This document shows positions 29,124 to 39,016 of a stretch of 64,000 bases of DNA, in pieces. The notes under the pieces were generated by a model. That model saw only the letters and a program-made list of their open reading frames with translations. It was not told where the DNA came from and ran no database searches. The stretch lies in contig OZ244070.1 of assembly GCA_965215605.1 (NCBI GenBank), positions 2,144,001 through 2,208,000 of the forward strand, read 5' to 3'. The position numbers and the translations under genes are program-made. Within the stretch, counting starts at the first letter, position 1, and every line of letters begins with the position of its first letter. The DNA comes from an uncultured Candidatus Binatia bacterium. Its GTDB lineage: Bacteria > Desulfobacterota > Binatia > UBA9968 > JAJDTQ01.

Positions 29124-29543
29124 ATGAGGCTGGTGCTTGACACCAATGTTATCGTTTCTTCTTTTCGGAGTCGTCGAGGTGCCAGCAATTTGCTCCTTGG
29201 ATTGGTGGAAGCAGGGCATGCGAAGTTGTTGTGCTCTACGGCGCTTTTCCTGGAGTACGAGGCCGTGTTGAGCCGTGCAGAAACACTTGCCGTCACCGGA
29301 CACGATCTAGGTGAAGTTGCCAGGATCACGAACGCCCTTGCTGCCGTGAGCGAACCCGTGGACATTTCTTTCCGTGTACGTCCGCTACTACCCGACGCAG
29401 GTGATGAAATGGTTCTCGAAGCGGCTGTGAATGGAATGGCTGAGGCTATCGTGACTTACAATGTCCGGGATTTCGGTCCGGCAGGCGGGTTCGGGATAGA
29501 GGTTGCGCCGCTGAACCGCATCATAGGGAGATTAACCGTATGA
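29124..29543 (+). CDS. PIN-domain putative toxin
   Basis: MRLVLDTNVIVS, LFLEYEAVL, DAGDEMVLEAA, IVTYNVRDF. Confidence 0.9.
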   Translation: MRLVLDTNVIVSSFRSRRGASNLLLGLVEAGHAKLLCSTALFLEYEAVLSRAETLAVTGHDLGEVARITNALAAVSEPVDISFRVRPLLPDAGDEMVLEAAVNGMAEAIVTYNVRDFGPAGGFGIEVAPLNRIIGRLTV

Positions 29544-29803
29544 AGAGTACACCACGATACAAGTACCCGTTGCAGCTACCGGCCTCGTTGAAAGAAGCCG
29601 CCACGCGATTGGCCAAGGAGGACGGTGTTTCCCTCAATCAGTGGATCGTCGCGGCCGTCGCGCAGAAGGTTGGAGCGATCGAAACCGCGAAGTCATTTCT
29701 TGCGGAGCGTGGCGCCAGAGCGGTTGAGGGTGATCCCAAGCGTTATCTTGACAAGGCGCCGGACGTGCCACCCGAGCCGGGCGACGAATGGCCTGAGCGC
29801 TAG
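29540..29803 (+). CDS. HicB-like/RHH antitoxin
   Basis: YPLQLPASLK..LAKEDGVSLNQWIVAAVAQKV; ATGA overlap. Confidence 0.85.
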   Translation: MKSTPRYKYPLQLPASLKEAATRLAKEDGVSLNQWIVAAVAQKVGAIETAKSFLAERGARAVEGDPKRYLDKAPDVPPEPGDEWPER

Positions 29804-30054
29804 TGAAGGCGGGTGGAAGATGTTCTGGACCGGTTTCCGTCGGCCACTGGCTCGTTCAGCACCCTTTGCCCGCGGCGCGACTCATGGCTAGAACTTCTCG
29901 GAAGCATCAGGTCGTAAGCCCGGTCAATTCGTCGAGGTTCTCACGTCGCGACACGCCGTTCCCGGGCTCGTCGCAATCAGTGGTAGGGGCTTCTTGACGG
30001 TTGGCCTCTCGGCGAAGTGTATATGTAGAGGCGGCGAAGGAGGACACAAGGCAA

Positions 30055-32019
30055 ATGGACGCCGACGAGTTCAAGGTACAAGACATTCTGAGCCGTAATG
30101 AGCGGTTTATCGTCCCACTTTACCAGCGTCAGTACCAGTGGCATGACAGTCGCGACGGAAGCCGGACTCGTGCTTTCTGGCAGGACGTTGCGGCCAAGGC
30201 GGGCGACGTGCTCGATGGTCGCGCTCGGTTCGAGCATTACATGGGGGCTCTCCTGCTCGCGCCGGGGGCCACGCAACGTTCATTCGGTACGACACCGGTC
30301 GCTCAGGTCGTCGACGGTCAGCAGCGGCTCACCACATTTCTTGTCTTACTTTCTGCCATACGTGAAACTGCCAAAGACAAGGGTTTTGACGACATCGTCG
30401 ATGAGTGCCAGAAATATCTTTTCAATGAACCCGGAAAATCCGACACGGACGAGCTTGTACGATTCAAACTGACACCTACCCCTGTCGATCGCGAGGTTTT
30501 TTTCGACCTTCTCGACAAGGCATTGGTTGAAGTGCGTGACAAGTATCGGGCCCGGGGTGCTTACTGGGGCGTTGGCGTACCCAAGAACACGCAATTCCGC
30601 GCGCTACGCGCCTACGAATTCTTCCTCGCGCAGGTCGCCGACTTTGTCGCCAGCGGTCCCAGCGATGATACCGAAGTGGATATTGACCGGGACGCCCCAG
30701 AGAGCGCTCTTGCGGAAGAGGAGCGGGATTGCGACATTGCTCACCGTCGGCTGACGGCTGTGCTTGAGGCGCTCGTTTTTCACTTGAAATTGATCGTGAT
30801 CACGCTGGGTGAAGAGGACGACGCGCAGGTCATCTTCGAGACATTGAACTCAGCCGGTCAGCCACTTCTCGCGATGGATTTGGTCCGTAACAATATCTTT
30901 CACCGAGCGGAGGCTCAGCATGACGATCGGGGCAGAGCACGTGAACGCGCTGAACAGCTATATGGCGAGGTCTGGGCACCCTTTGACGATGCGTGGTGGC
31001 GGACGCCAGCGCCTTACGCTAGGCCACAACGACCGCGCATTGACCACTTCCTCGCCAATCTTCTGACAGCAGAAACCGGTGAGCGTACGACGGTGCGAGA
31101 ACTGTACGCTGAATATCGATCTTGGGCCACACCCAATCGCCGTCCTCGCTTCGACGCTGTCGAGGACGAATTGGCCGTTCTCCAGAGGCACGCTCCCACC
31201 TACGAAATACTTGAGGGACGGCTGGACAGAGACGGTACGATGGCTTGGCTCGGCGGGCGACTCCGGATGTGGCAGCACACGACCGCGTACCCAATTGCCT
31301 TCCAAATTGCACGGGAGCAGGTTGACCAACACACACGCGAAGGCATTGCGACCTTACTCGACAGCTATCTCACACGCCGTGCGCTTTGCGACTTGACCCC
31401 TAAGAACCTCAATCGACTATTTCCGCGATTGGCGAGCGTCCTCCAGCGAGAGGGCGTGTCGGTGGAGACCGTGCGCCGGTTCTTCGAGGGGCAGGACAGC
31501 CCCACGATTCGATTTCCAGACGATGATGAACTGCAGTCTGCTATCCTCGAAAAGCGTGCCTACGACCGAATCCCCTCCCGTATCCTTTCGGATATCCTTT
31601 GGAGGCTCGAACTCGAAAGCCGAAGCGCGAAGACGGAGGCTACAGCGCGTCCATCACTACTGTGGGTAGAACATGTCATGCCGGTGTCTTGGAAAGAAAA
31701 TTGGCCTCTGCGCGACGAAGTAGGGGAAACCGTCGGCTTTGAGCACCGGCACTACTGGGAGCGGCATTGGAAGAGGGAGACGGCGATTCATACTCTCGGC
31801 AATCTCACCATCGTGACGAGCACCCTTAACAGGTCACTCACGAACCTGGGCTTCAATGAAAAGAAGATCAAGCTCATCGAGCACTCGAATCTGACCCTTA
31901 ACCGCCGCATAGCCGAGCGCGATGACTGGGACGAGTCGGCTATCCGTGAGCGTGGTGAAGCACTCGCGAGGCTTGCGTGTGTGCTCTGGCCGATTCCGAC
32001 GACCTCCGTTCCAACCTGA
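30055..32019 (+). CDS. DUF262-DUF1524 (GmrSD/SspE-like) putative restriction nuclease
   Basis: VPLYQRQYQW, VVDGQQRLTT, IFETLNSAG, VEHVMP...LGNLT...LN HNH-like; AGGAGG RBS. Confidence 0.88.
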   Translation: MDADEFKVQDILSRNERFIVPLYQRQYQWHDSRDGSRTRAFWQDVAAKAGDVLDGRARFEHYMGALLLAPGATQRSFGTTPVAQVVDGQQRLTTFLVLLSAIRETAKDKGFDDIVDECQKYLFNEPGKSDTDELVRFKLTPTPVDREVFFDLLDKALVEVRDKYRARGAYWGVGVPKNTQFRALRAYEFFLAQVADFVASGPSDDTEVDIDRDAPESALAEEERDCDIAHRRLTAVLEALVFHLKLIVITLGEEDDAQVIFETLNSAGQPLLAMDLVRNNIFHRAEAQHDDRGRARERAEQLYGEVWAPFDDAWWRTPAPYARPQRPRIDHFLANLLTAETGERTTVRELYAEYRSWATPNRRPRFDAVEDELAVLQRHAPTYEILEGRLDRDGTMAWLGGRLRMWQHTTAYPIAFQIAREQVDQHTREGIATLLDSYLTRRALCDLTPKNLNRLFPRLASVLQREGVSVETVRRFFEGQDSPTIRFPDDDELQSAILEKRAYDRIPSRILSDILWRLELESRSAKTEATARPSLLWVEHVMPVSWKENWPLRDEVGETVGFEHRHYWERHWKRETAIHTLGNLTIVTSTLNRSLTNLGFNEKKIKLIEHSNLTLNRRIAERDDWDESAIRERGEALARLACVLWPIPTTSVPT

Positions 32020-32046
32020 GGGCCGGGGTTTGCAAGGGAGAACAAA

Positions 32047-32652
32047 ATGGAATGGCTGACGATAATCGCTATCGTGGTTGGACCTTTTTTGGGAATCTGG
32101 GCACATGGGAAGCTCGAAGACCGGAAACGCGTTTGTGAGCGGAAGCTCGACATATTCAAGACTCTGATGGCTACCCGCGCCACCCCTCTGGCACGCGAGC
32201 ATGTTGAATCTCTGAATCGAATTGACATTGAGTTCACAGGACGGAAGGAAAAGAAGGTGAGAGAAGCTTGGGCTGTGCTACTCGACCATTATGGACAAGG
32301 CCCGACTCCCCCCATCAAGCCCCTACCGGGCCAACCGCAAGCAGAGCACGACAGCTACGCCCGCGACTTTCAGAAGTTTACGAGTGCTCAGGAACGATGG
32401 GGCGAGCGCGTGATCGAGTTGCGAGCCGCCCTGTTGAGAGAAATGGGAGTGATTTTCAAGTACGAATTCGACGAGGTAAAGATAAAAAAGGCAATTTACT
32501 ATCCGAAGCTGCACGGAGACGTTGAGACCGAGCAATTGGCGCTCTTGGCCGCCGCTAACGACGTTTTGTTGGGGAATCGGTACCTAGCAATGTATGTGGT
32601 CAACTGGCCTACGCAGGCCGACCCAAGCAAGCACGAGATGCGCCCCGAATGA
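32047..32652 (+). CDS. Membrane-anchored hypothetical protein (DUF6680-like)
   Basis: N-terminal TM, RKLDIFKTLMATRA..HVESLNRIDIEF. Confidence 0.6.
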   Translation: MEWLTIIAIVVGPFLGIWAHGKLEDRKRVCERKLDIFKTLMATRATPLAREHVESLNRIDIEFTGRKEKKVREAWAVLLDHYGQGPTPPIKPLPGQPQAEHDSYARDFQKFTSAQERWGERVIELRAALLREMGVIFKYEFDEVKIKKAIYYPKLHGDVETEQLALLAAANDVLLGNRYLAMYVVNWPTQADPSKHEMRPE

Positions 32653-32989
32653 CTTGCGTATGAAGGCAGATCTGGAAACAGGTCGGACGTTCTCTGCCAC
32701 CCGTGCGATGGCGCGAGAACCCGCGCGATCAGATAGTTTGCTAAAGACGTTCACTTGAGCCGTGGGCCTCTAACGGACGCTCTCCGCGATGGGCAATCCC
32801 CGTTTCGCCACCCCCGAAGCCTTGTTGGATCTGGACGGAAGTTGTCGATGGAAGTGAGGGGCGGACACCAAGGTTCGGCTGGAAAGAGCCGGTGCGGCGT
32901 TGTAAACCGCAGTGAATTGTCAACAACGGCCGTAGAGGCTATAAATCGGTCGATTGCCCGCCGATCGTTTGCCGGGTACTCAATCCGCC

Positions 32990-33847
32990 ATGACCATTCC
33001 CGCTTTCGACCTTCTGAAACCCGGCTCCGTGGCTGAAGCCAGCGAGATGCTGCTCGAGCACGGCGATGAAGCGCGGCCCATCGCCGGGGGTACGACGCTG
33101 GTGATCCTGATGAAGCAGCGGGCGTTGCGCTTCTCCCATCTCGTGGACCTGCAGTCGATCCCGGGCCTTGAACGGATCACCGACAACGACGACGGGCTGA
33201 GCATCGGGGCGCTGGCCACCCACCGGTCGGTGGAGCGTTCGCCCCTGGTGCAGCGGCGCGCGCCGGCCCTGGCGCAGGCGTTCAGCCACGTGGGCAACGT
33301 GCGCATCCGGGAGACCGCGTCCGTGGGCGGCAACCTGGCCCACGCGGACTACCGGCTGGACCCGCCGCCGGTGCTGCTGGTCCACGGCGCGGAGGTGGTG
33401 CTGGCCGGAGCCCAAGGCACCCGCGTGGTGGCGTTGAAGGACTTCTACCGCGGTATGTACGAGACGGTCATTGAGTCGGGAGAGATCCTGGTGGAGGTGC
33501 GGGTGCCGCACGCGGCCCCGGCGGCCCGGACCGTCTACTCGCGGTTCAGTTCGCTCTCGGCCAACGACTGGCCGTGCATCGGCGTTGCGGCGCTGCTGTC
33601 CCTGGAGGGCGCGAACGTCGGCGAGCTTCGGCTGGGCCTCAGCGGCGTGGCGGAAGCACCGCTCCTGGCCGCGGGCATGGACCGGTTCCAGCGGGAAGGC
33701 TGCTCCGAGGAGCTTTGGGAGGCGGTCTGCGATGCCGTCGACGAGCAGTTGTCGCCGGTATCGGATCTCCGCGGCAGCGCGGACTACAAGCGGGAGATGA
33801 CCCGGGTGTGGGTCAAGCGGACCCTCCGGGGGTTGGCGTCTTCGTGA
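32990..33847 (+). CDS. Mo-hydroxylase FAD-binding medium subunit (CoxM/XdhA-like)
   Basis: IAGGTTL, IGALAT, IRETASVGGNL, SDLRGSADYK. Confidence 0.92.
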   Translation: MTIPAFDLLKPGSVAEASEMLLEHGDEARPIAGGTTLVILMKQRALRFSHLVDLQSIPGLERITDNDDGLSIGALATHRSVERSPLVQRRAPALAQAFSHVGNVRIRETASVGGNLAHADYRLDPPPVLLVHGAEVVLAGAQGTRVVALKDFYRGMYETVIESGEILVEVRVPHAAPAARTVYSRFSSLSANDWPCIGVAALLSLEGANVGELRLGLSGVAEAPLLAAGMDRFQREGCSEELWEAVCDAVDEQLSPVSDLRGSADYKREMTRVWVKRTLRGLASS

Positions 33848-33856
33848 GGTAAGAGC

Positions 33857-36178
33857 GTGGCGGATTATTCCATCGTCGGCAAGCCGGTTGACCGCCGGGA
33901 CGCCGTCCAGAAGGTGACGGGCCGGGCGCTACACGTGGGCAACATGGAGCCGCCGGGGCTGTTGCAGGTGGCGGTGCTGAGAAGTCCTCATCCACACGCG
34001 CGCATCGTCCGCATCGACAAGTCCCGGGCCGAGGCGGCCCCCGGCGTGGCCGCGGTGCTCACGGGCGCGGACATCGCCGCCATGCCGGGCATCACGCCTT
34101 ACCACGGGCCGGCGTTCGCCGACCAGCCGGTGCTGGCCATCGACCGGGTGCGCCACGAGGGCGAGCAGGTGGTGGCGGTGGCGGCGGAGAGCCGGCGCGC
34201 GGCGGAAGAGGCGCTGGAGCAGGTGGAGGTGGAGTACGAGCCGTTGCCGGTGGTGCTGGACGTGCTCGACGCCATCAAGCCCGACGCCCCCATCGTCCAC
34301 GACGAGATCCGTCCCTCGGGAGCGTTCGCGGACCTGGCCCACGTCAAGGCCGGCGAACGGTCCAACATCTGCTACCACTACAAGCTGCGCAAGGGCGACG
34401 TGGACCAGGCCTTCGCCGAGGCCGACCGGATCTTCGAGGACGTGTTCACGGCGCCGCCGGCCCAGCACGTGCCCATGGAGCCTCACGTTTCGCTGGCGTA
34501 CGTGGACGAGGGCGCGCGCATCAACATCCACACCGCCAGCCAGTCGCCGTCCTTCGTCCGGGGCGAGTTGGCGCGCATGCTGGGCCTGCCCATGAACCGC
34601 ATCCGCGTGCGGGTGCCGTATCTGGGCGGCGGCTACGGCGCCAAGCTCTACAACAAGCTCGAGCCGATCGTGGCGATATTGGCCATGAAGACGGGCCGGC
34701 CGGTGAAGTACAGCCTGAGCCGCGAGGAGGAGTTCCAGACCGTCACCAAGCACGGCGTGGTGGTGAAGCTCAAGACCGCGGTCAAGGGGTCGGCCATGAC
34801 CGCGCGCAAGTGCGAGGTCTACTGGGACACCGGCGCCTTCGCCGAGATCGGTCCGCGGATCGTCCACAAGTCGGGCTATACCTCCTCCGGGCCGTACAAG
34901 ATCCCCAACGTGTCCATCGATTCCTACTGCATCTACACCAACAAGCCGCCGGCCGGGCCGTTTCGCGGTTTCGGGGTGCCGCAGGTGATCTGGGCCTACG
35001 ACTCCCAGATGGACATCGTCGCCCGGGGCCTCGGCAGGGACCCGGTGGACTTCCGCCTGGAACACGCGCTGGAGGAGGGGGACCTCTACGTTACCGGAAC
35101 GCCGATTCATGCATGCGGGCTGAAGGAAGCGGTACAGCGCGCGGCCGATGCCGTGGGATGGGATCAACCCAAGGCGACGGCCTCGGGCACCAGGCGCCGG
35201 GGCAAGGGCATCGCCTGCGGGGTGAAGGCGGTGCTCACCCCCTCCATCTCCGGCGCCATCGTCATCCTCAACGCCGACGGCAGCGCCAACATCCTGAGCA
35301 GCACGGTGGAGATGGGCCAGGGTTCCGAGAGCGCGCTGGCGCAGATCGCGGCCGAGGAGCTGGGGATCTCCCACGACAAGGTGCACGTGGTGCAGCCCGA
35401 CACTGACGTCACTCCCTACGACACCATCAGCGCGGGAAGCCGCTCCACCTACCACATGGGCAACGCCGTCCGCATGGCCGCGGCCAACGTCAAGGCGGAG
35501 TTGTTCGAGACCGTGGCCGGGAAGCTCGAGATCGACGCCGCCGACCTGGAATCCCGTGACGGCCGGGTGTTCGTGCGCGGCGCCGAGGAGCGGGGCATGA
35601 CCGTCACCGAGGCGTTCCTGGCCAAGTTCGGGAGCTTGGGCACCACCATCACCGGCGAGGGCCTGTGCCAGCCCGAGGTGACGCCCACGGACCCCGAGAC
35701 CGGCATGTCGGAGAAATGCACCGAATACTGGTTCGCCTCCGCCAGCGCCGTGGAGGTGGAGGTAGACACGGAGACCGGGCGGCTGGAGGTGTTGCAGTTC
35801 CACGCCGCCGGCGACGCCGGCACCGCCATCAACCCCAAGTACTGCGAGCAGCAGCTCGTGGGCGCGGCCACCATGCACCTGGGGCTGACGCTGTTCGAGC
35901 AGATGGTGTTCCAGGACGGACAGCTTCTCAACGGCTCGTTGCTGGACTACCAGATCGCCTCCATCAAGGATGTGCCGCCGGAGTGTCACCCCATCGTGGT
36001 GGAGGTGCCCCACAAGGACGGCCCCTTCGGCGCCAAGGGCATCGGCGAGACCGGCGCCCTGACCGTAGCCGCGGCCGTGGCCAACGCGCTGGAGGACGCC
36101 GTGGGCGTGCGCGTGCGCGACATCCCGCTCACCGCGGAAAGGATCCATGAGGCGCTCAAGGCGGCGGGAAAGACGTGA
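33857..36178 (+). CDS. Xanthine dehydrogenase/aldehyde oxidase family molybdopterin large subunit
   Basis: RSPHPHA, PMEPH, GGGYGAK, FRGFGVPQ, EMGQG, GSRST, AKGIGE. Confidence 0.93.
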   Translation: MADYSIVGKPVDRRDAVQKVTGRALHVGNMEPPGLLQVAVLRSPHPHARIVRIDKSRAEAAPGVAAVLTGADIAAMPGITPYHGPAFADQPVLAIDRVRHEGEQVVAVAAESRRAAEEALEQVEVEYEPLPVVLDVLDAIKPDAPIVHDEIRPSGAFADLAHVKAGERSNICYHYKLRKGDVDQAFAEADRIFEDVFTAPPAQHVPMEPHVSLAYVDEGARINIHTASQSPSFVRGELARMLGLPMNRIRVRVPYLGGGYGAKLYNKLEPIVAILAMKTGRPVKYSLSREEEFQTVTKHGVVVKLKTAVKGSAMTARKCEVYWDTGAFAEIGPRIVHKSGYTSSGPYKIPNVSIDSYCIYTNKPPAGPFRGFGVPQVIWAYDSQMDIVARGLGRDPVDFRLEHALEEGDLYVTGTPIHACGLKEAVQRAADAVGWDQPKATASGTRRRGKGIACGVKAVLTPSISGAIVILNADGSANILSSTVEMGQGSESALAQIAAEELGISHDKVHVVQPDTDVTPYDTISAGSRSTYHMGNAVRMAAANVKAELFETVAGKLEIDAADLESRDGRVFVRGAEERGMTVTEAFLAKFGSLGTTITGEGLCQPEVTPTDPETGMSEKCTEYWFASASAVEVEVDTETGRLEVLQFHAAGDAGTAINPKYCEQQLVGAATMHLGLTLFEQMVFQDGQLLNGSLLDYQIASIKDVPPECHPIVVEVPHKDGPFGAKGIGETGALTVAAAVANALEDAVGVRVRDIPLTAERIHEALKAAGKT

Positions 36179-36227
36179 TCCGGGGTGTGTCCGAAGAAGC
36201 GACGAAGAGTCATGGAGCCATGGGGTC

Positions 36228-36701
36228 ATGGAACGTAACATCAGCCTGACGGTCAACGGCCAGCAGCGGGAGCTGGAGGTCAACGACGCCGACACCTTGC
36301 TGGAGGTCCTGCGCGACGGGCTCAAGCTGTGGAGCGTGCGCGAGGCTTGCGGCGTGGGGGCCTGCGGAAGCTGTACCGTGCTCCTGGACGGACGCCCGGT
36401 GAGCGCGTGCTTCCTGCTCGCAGCCCGCCTGGACGGCCGATCCGTGGAGACCGTCGAGGGGCTGGCCGGCGACGACGCGCTGCACCCGATCCAGCAGGCT
36501 TTTCTCGAGAACGACGCCGCCCAGTGCGGTTACTGCACCCCCGGCTTCGTCATGGCCGCCAAGGCGCTGCTCGAGGAGCACGGCGACCCTACCGACGACC
36601 AGATCCGCGATTACCTTTCCGGCAACCTGTGCCGCTGCGGCGGTTATCCCAACATCATGCGCGCGGTGCGCGCCGCGGCAACGCGCCTGAGCGGTAGTTG
36701 A
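36228..36701 (+). CDS. Mo-hydroxylase 2x[2Fe-2S] small subunit
   Basis: CGVGACGSC..C, QCGYCTPG, NLCRC. Confidence 0.93.
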   Translation: MERNISLTVNGQQRELEVNDADTLLEVLRDGLKLWSVREACGVGACGSCTVLLDGRPVSACFLLAARLDGRSVETVEGLAGDDALHPIQQAFLENDAAQCGYCTPGFVMAAKALLEEHGDPTDDQIRDYLSGNLCRCGGYPNIMRAVRAAATRLSGS

Positions 36702-36712
36702 ATGCCTGCAAC

Positions 36713-36763
36713 CGTCATTCCCGCGAAAGCATGCCCTCGACCCCGATCGGGGGCGCGAATCCA
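36713..36763 (+). repeat. REP-like palindromic intergenic element
   Basis: cgtcattcccgcgaaagc...ccccgatcggggg..gcgaatcca; related to 18388-18422. Confidence 0.6.
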
Positions 36764-36787
36764 GGGGCGGGAAAGAGGTGCCGAACG

Positions 36788-38947
36788 ATGACCGATCCCG
36801 CTCCCGGTCCGCACAACCTCGCAGCGCTGTTGAGGCCCCGGAACATCGCGATGATCGGCGCCTCCGAGCGGGCGCCCCACGCGGCCGCGCTCATGCGCAA
36901 CCTCTTCCGGTTCGGCTTCCCGAAGGAGCGCATCTACCCGGTCAACCCGCGTTACGAGCAGCTCTTCGATCTACCGTGCTACCCCTCGGTGGCCGCGGTG
37001 CCGGAAGACGTGGACCTCGCGGTCATCGCGATTCCGCGCGACGGCACCGTCCAGGTCATGGAGGAGTGCGCCGCCAAGGGCGTCCGCGCCGCCCTCACCG
37101 TGGCCACGGGCTTCGGCGAGTTCGACGACACGGGCCGGAAGCGTCAGGCGGAGCTGGCGCGCATCGTGCGCGAGCACGGCATCGCGCTGGCCGGACCCAA
37201 CACCTTGGGCTACCTATCCCTCGAATGCGGCGCCGCGCTGTGGTCGTCGCCGCTTCCCGAGCGCCTCACCACCGGGCCCGTGAGCGCGGTGTTCAGCAGC
37301 GCCGGCCTGCTCAACCTCTTCCTCAACACCGCCGCCGACCGTTGCCTGGGGTTTCGCTACGCCATCGCCCCGGGCAACCAGGTGGGCGCGGGCTTCACCG
37401 ACTACCTGCGCGCCGCGGTGGACGACGACGGCACCCGCGTGATCGTCGCCGTCATCGAGTCCATGAGCCGTCCGCAAGAGATGGCGGGGCTCCTGGACCT
37501 GGCCCGGGAACGGGAAAAGGTGGTCGTCGCACTACGGCTCGGGCGTTCGCAGAAGGGCGGGCGCGCGGTCACCTCGCACTCGGGCAACATGGCCACCTCG
37601 GGCGCGGTGTGGGACGGCCTGTTCCGCCAGAAGGGCGTCATCCCGGTGGACAATCTGGATCAGATGCTGGAAGTCACCGCGTTGGCCGTGGGGACGCCGG
37701 AGCCCTACCGTCTGCCGGCCGCCGGCGGCGTCGGCATCGTCACCATCTCGGGGGGCGATTGCAGCTTCCTGGCCGATATCTGCGAGCGCAACGGCGTGGA
37801 CCTGCCCGAGCCTTCCGGCGCCACTTACGAGGCGATGCGCCGCTACTTCGACAAGGAGAGCTTCAACGGCAACCCCCTGGACATCGAGGAACTGCACTGG
37901 GCGAACCGGCCCGGATATCTCGAGTGTCTGGAAACTTTCATGTGCGACGACAACTTCGCCGTGGTCTGCTGCCGGCTGAACCTGCCCAAGAGCCCCAGCG
38001 ACCGGCTGACAGAGTTGTACCGCGAGTCGGCGGCGGCGCTCCGGCGCGGCGGCAAGCCGTTCGTGTTCCTTTCCAGGGCCAGCGAGCAGCTCGACCGCTC
38101 CTGGTTCGAGTTCTTCACCGAGCTGGATGTGCCCCTGCTGCTGGAGTACGAGAAGTCGCTCTGCGCCGTGCGCGGCGTCCTGGCGCTGTCGCGGGGTCGT
38201 GCGCGCGGCGTGTCCGGCGAGGTTGCACCACCCGTTGTCGAGGCGGCGGAAACCGAGACGCTGCGCCGTCTGGTGGCCGCCGGCGACGCCTCCCACGCCA
38301 CGGTGCGGCGGCTGCTCCAAGTCTACGGCATCCCGGTGGCGCCCGAGCACCTGGCGCGCTCCCGGGACGAGGCGGTCGAAGCCGCCGCCGGCATGGGGTT
38401 CCCGGTCGCCTTGAAGGCCGAGTCCGCGGACCTGCCCCACAAGACCGAGGCGGGCGGCGTGCGCCTGAACCTGGGCAGCGCGGAGGAGGTGGCCTCGGCG
38501 TACGACCGGCTGCTGGAGGACGTGGGCCGAAACGCGCCCGGCGCCCGCATCGACGGGGTGCTGGTGCAGAAGATGGTCGAGGGAGTGGCCGAGGTCATCA
38601 CCGGCACCTCGCGCACGCCGGACCTGGGCATCTGCCTCGCCTTCGGCCTCGGCGGCATCTACACCGAGGTGCTGAAGGACGTGGCGTTCCGGCTGCCGCC
38701 GCTGGGCGTGGCGGAAGCCCATGACATGATCCGTGAGATTCGCACCTACCCGCTGCTCACCGGGGCCAGGGGGAAGCCCAAGGCCGACGTGTCCGCCCTG
38801 GCGGAAACCATCGTGGCGCTGTCCCGGCTGGCGCTGGACTTCCGCGCCGAAGTGGACGAAATCGAGTTCAACCCACTCATGGTCCTTCCGGAAGGGCAGG
38901 GGGTGCTGGCGGTGGACACGCTGATCCGATGCGTCGGAGGGCACTAG
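36788..38947 (+). CDS. ADP-forming acyl-CoA synthetase (acetate-CoA ligase family)
   Basis: IGAS, YPVNP, GPNTLG, SHSG phospho-His, NPLD, HKTEAGGV ATP-grasp, EFNPL. Confidence 0.9.
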   Translation: MTDPAPGPHNLAALLRPRNIAMIGASERAPHAAALMRNLFRFGFPKERIYPVNPRYEQLFDLPCYPSVAAVPEDVDLAVIAIPRDGTVQVMEECAAKGVRAALTVATGFGEFDDTGRKRQAELARIVREHGIALAGPNTLGYLSLECGAALWSSPLPERLTTGPVSAVFSSAGLLNLFLNTAADRCLGFRYAIAPGNQVGAGFTDYLRAAVDDDGTRVIVAVIESMSRPQEMAGLLDLAREREKVVVALRLGRSQKGGRAVTSHSGNMATSGAVWDGLFRQKGVIPVDNLDQMLEVTALAVGTPEPYRLPAAGGVGIVTISGGDCSFLADICERNGVDLPEPSGATYEAMRRYFDKESFNGNPLDIEELHWANRPGYLECLETFMCDDNFAVVCCRLNLPKSPSDRLTELYRESAAALRRGGKPFVFLSRASEQLDRSWFEFFTELDVPLLLEYEKSLCAVRGVLALSRGRARGVSGEVAPPVVEAAETETLRRLVAAGDASHATVRRLLQVYGIPVAPEHLARSRDEAVEAAAGMGFPVALKAESADLPHKTEAGGVRLNLGSAEEVASAYDRLLEDVGRNAPGARIDGVLVQKMVEGVAEVITGTSRTPDLGICLAFGLGGIYTEVLKDVAFRLPPLGVAEAHDMIREIRTYPLLTGARGKPKADVSALAETIVALSRLALDFRAEVDEIEFNPLMVLPEGQGVLAVDTLIRCVGGH

Positions 38948-39016
38948 TGTAGTGTCCTGTCCGGTTCATGCGCATGATAAAATGCGCGGGATGTTCCCAG
39001 TCGAAGGAGTGCGATC

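Noticed and set aside
33857-36178. Aerobic CO dehydrogenase (coxL)
   Set aside because: The active-site loop is PFRGFG, not form I AYxCSFR or form II AYRGAGR, and no cox accessory genes are present.
33929-36325. Long antisense or alternate-frame ORFs (also 18328-20079, 24601-26859, 43889-46366, 52210-54366, 61158-62870)
   Set aside because: Shadow frames of well-supported genes in high-GC DNA; no recognisable motifs.
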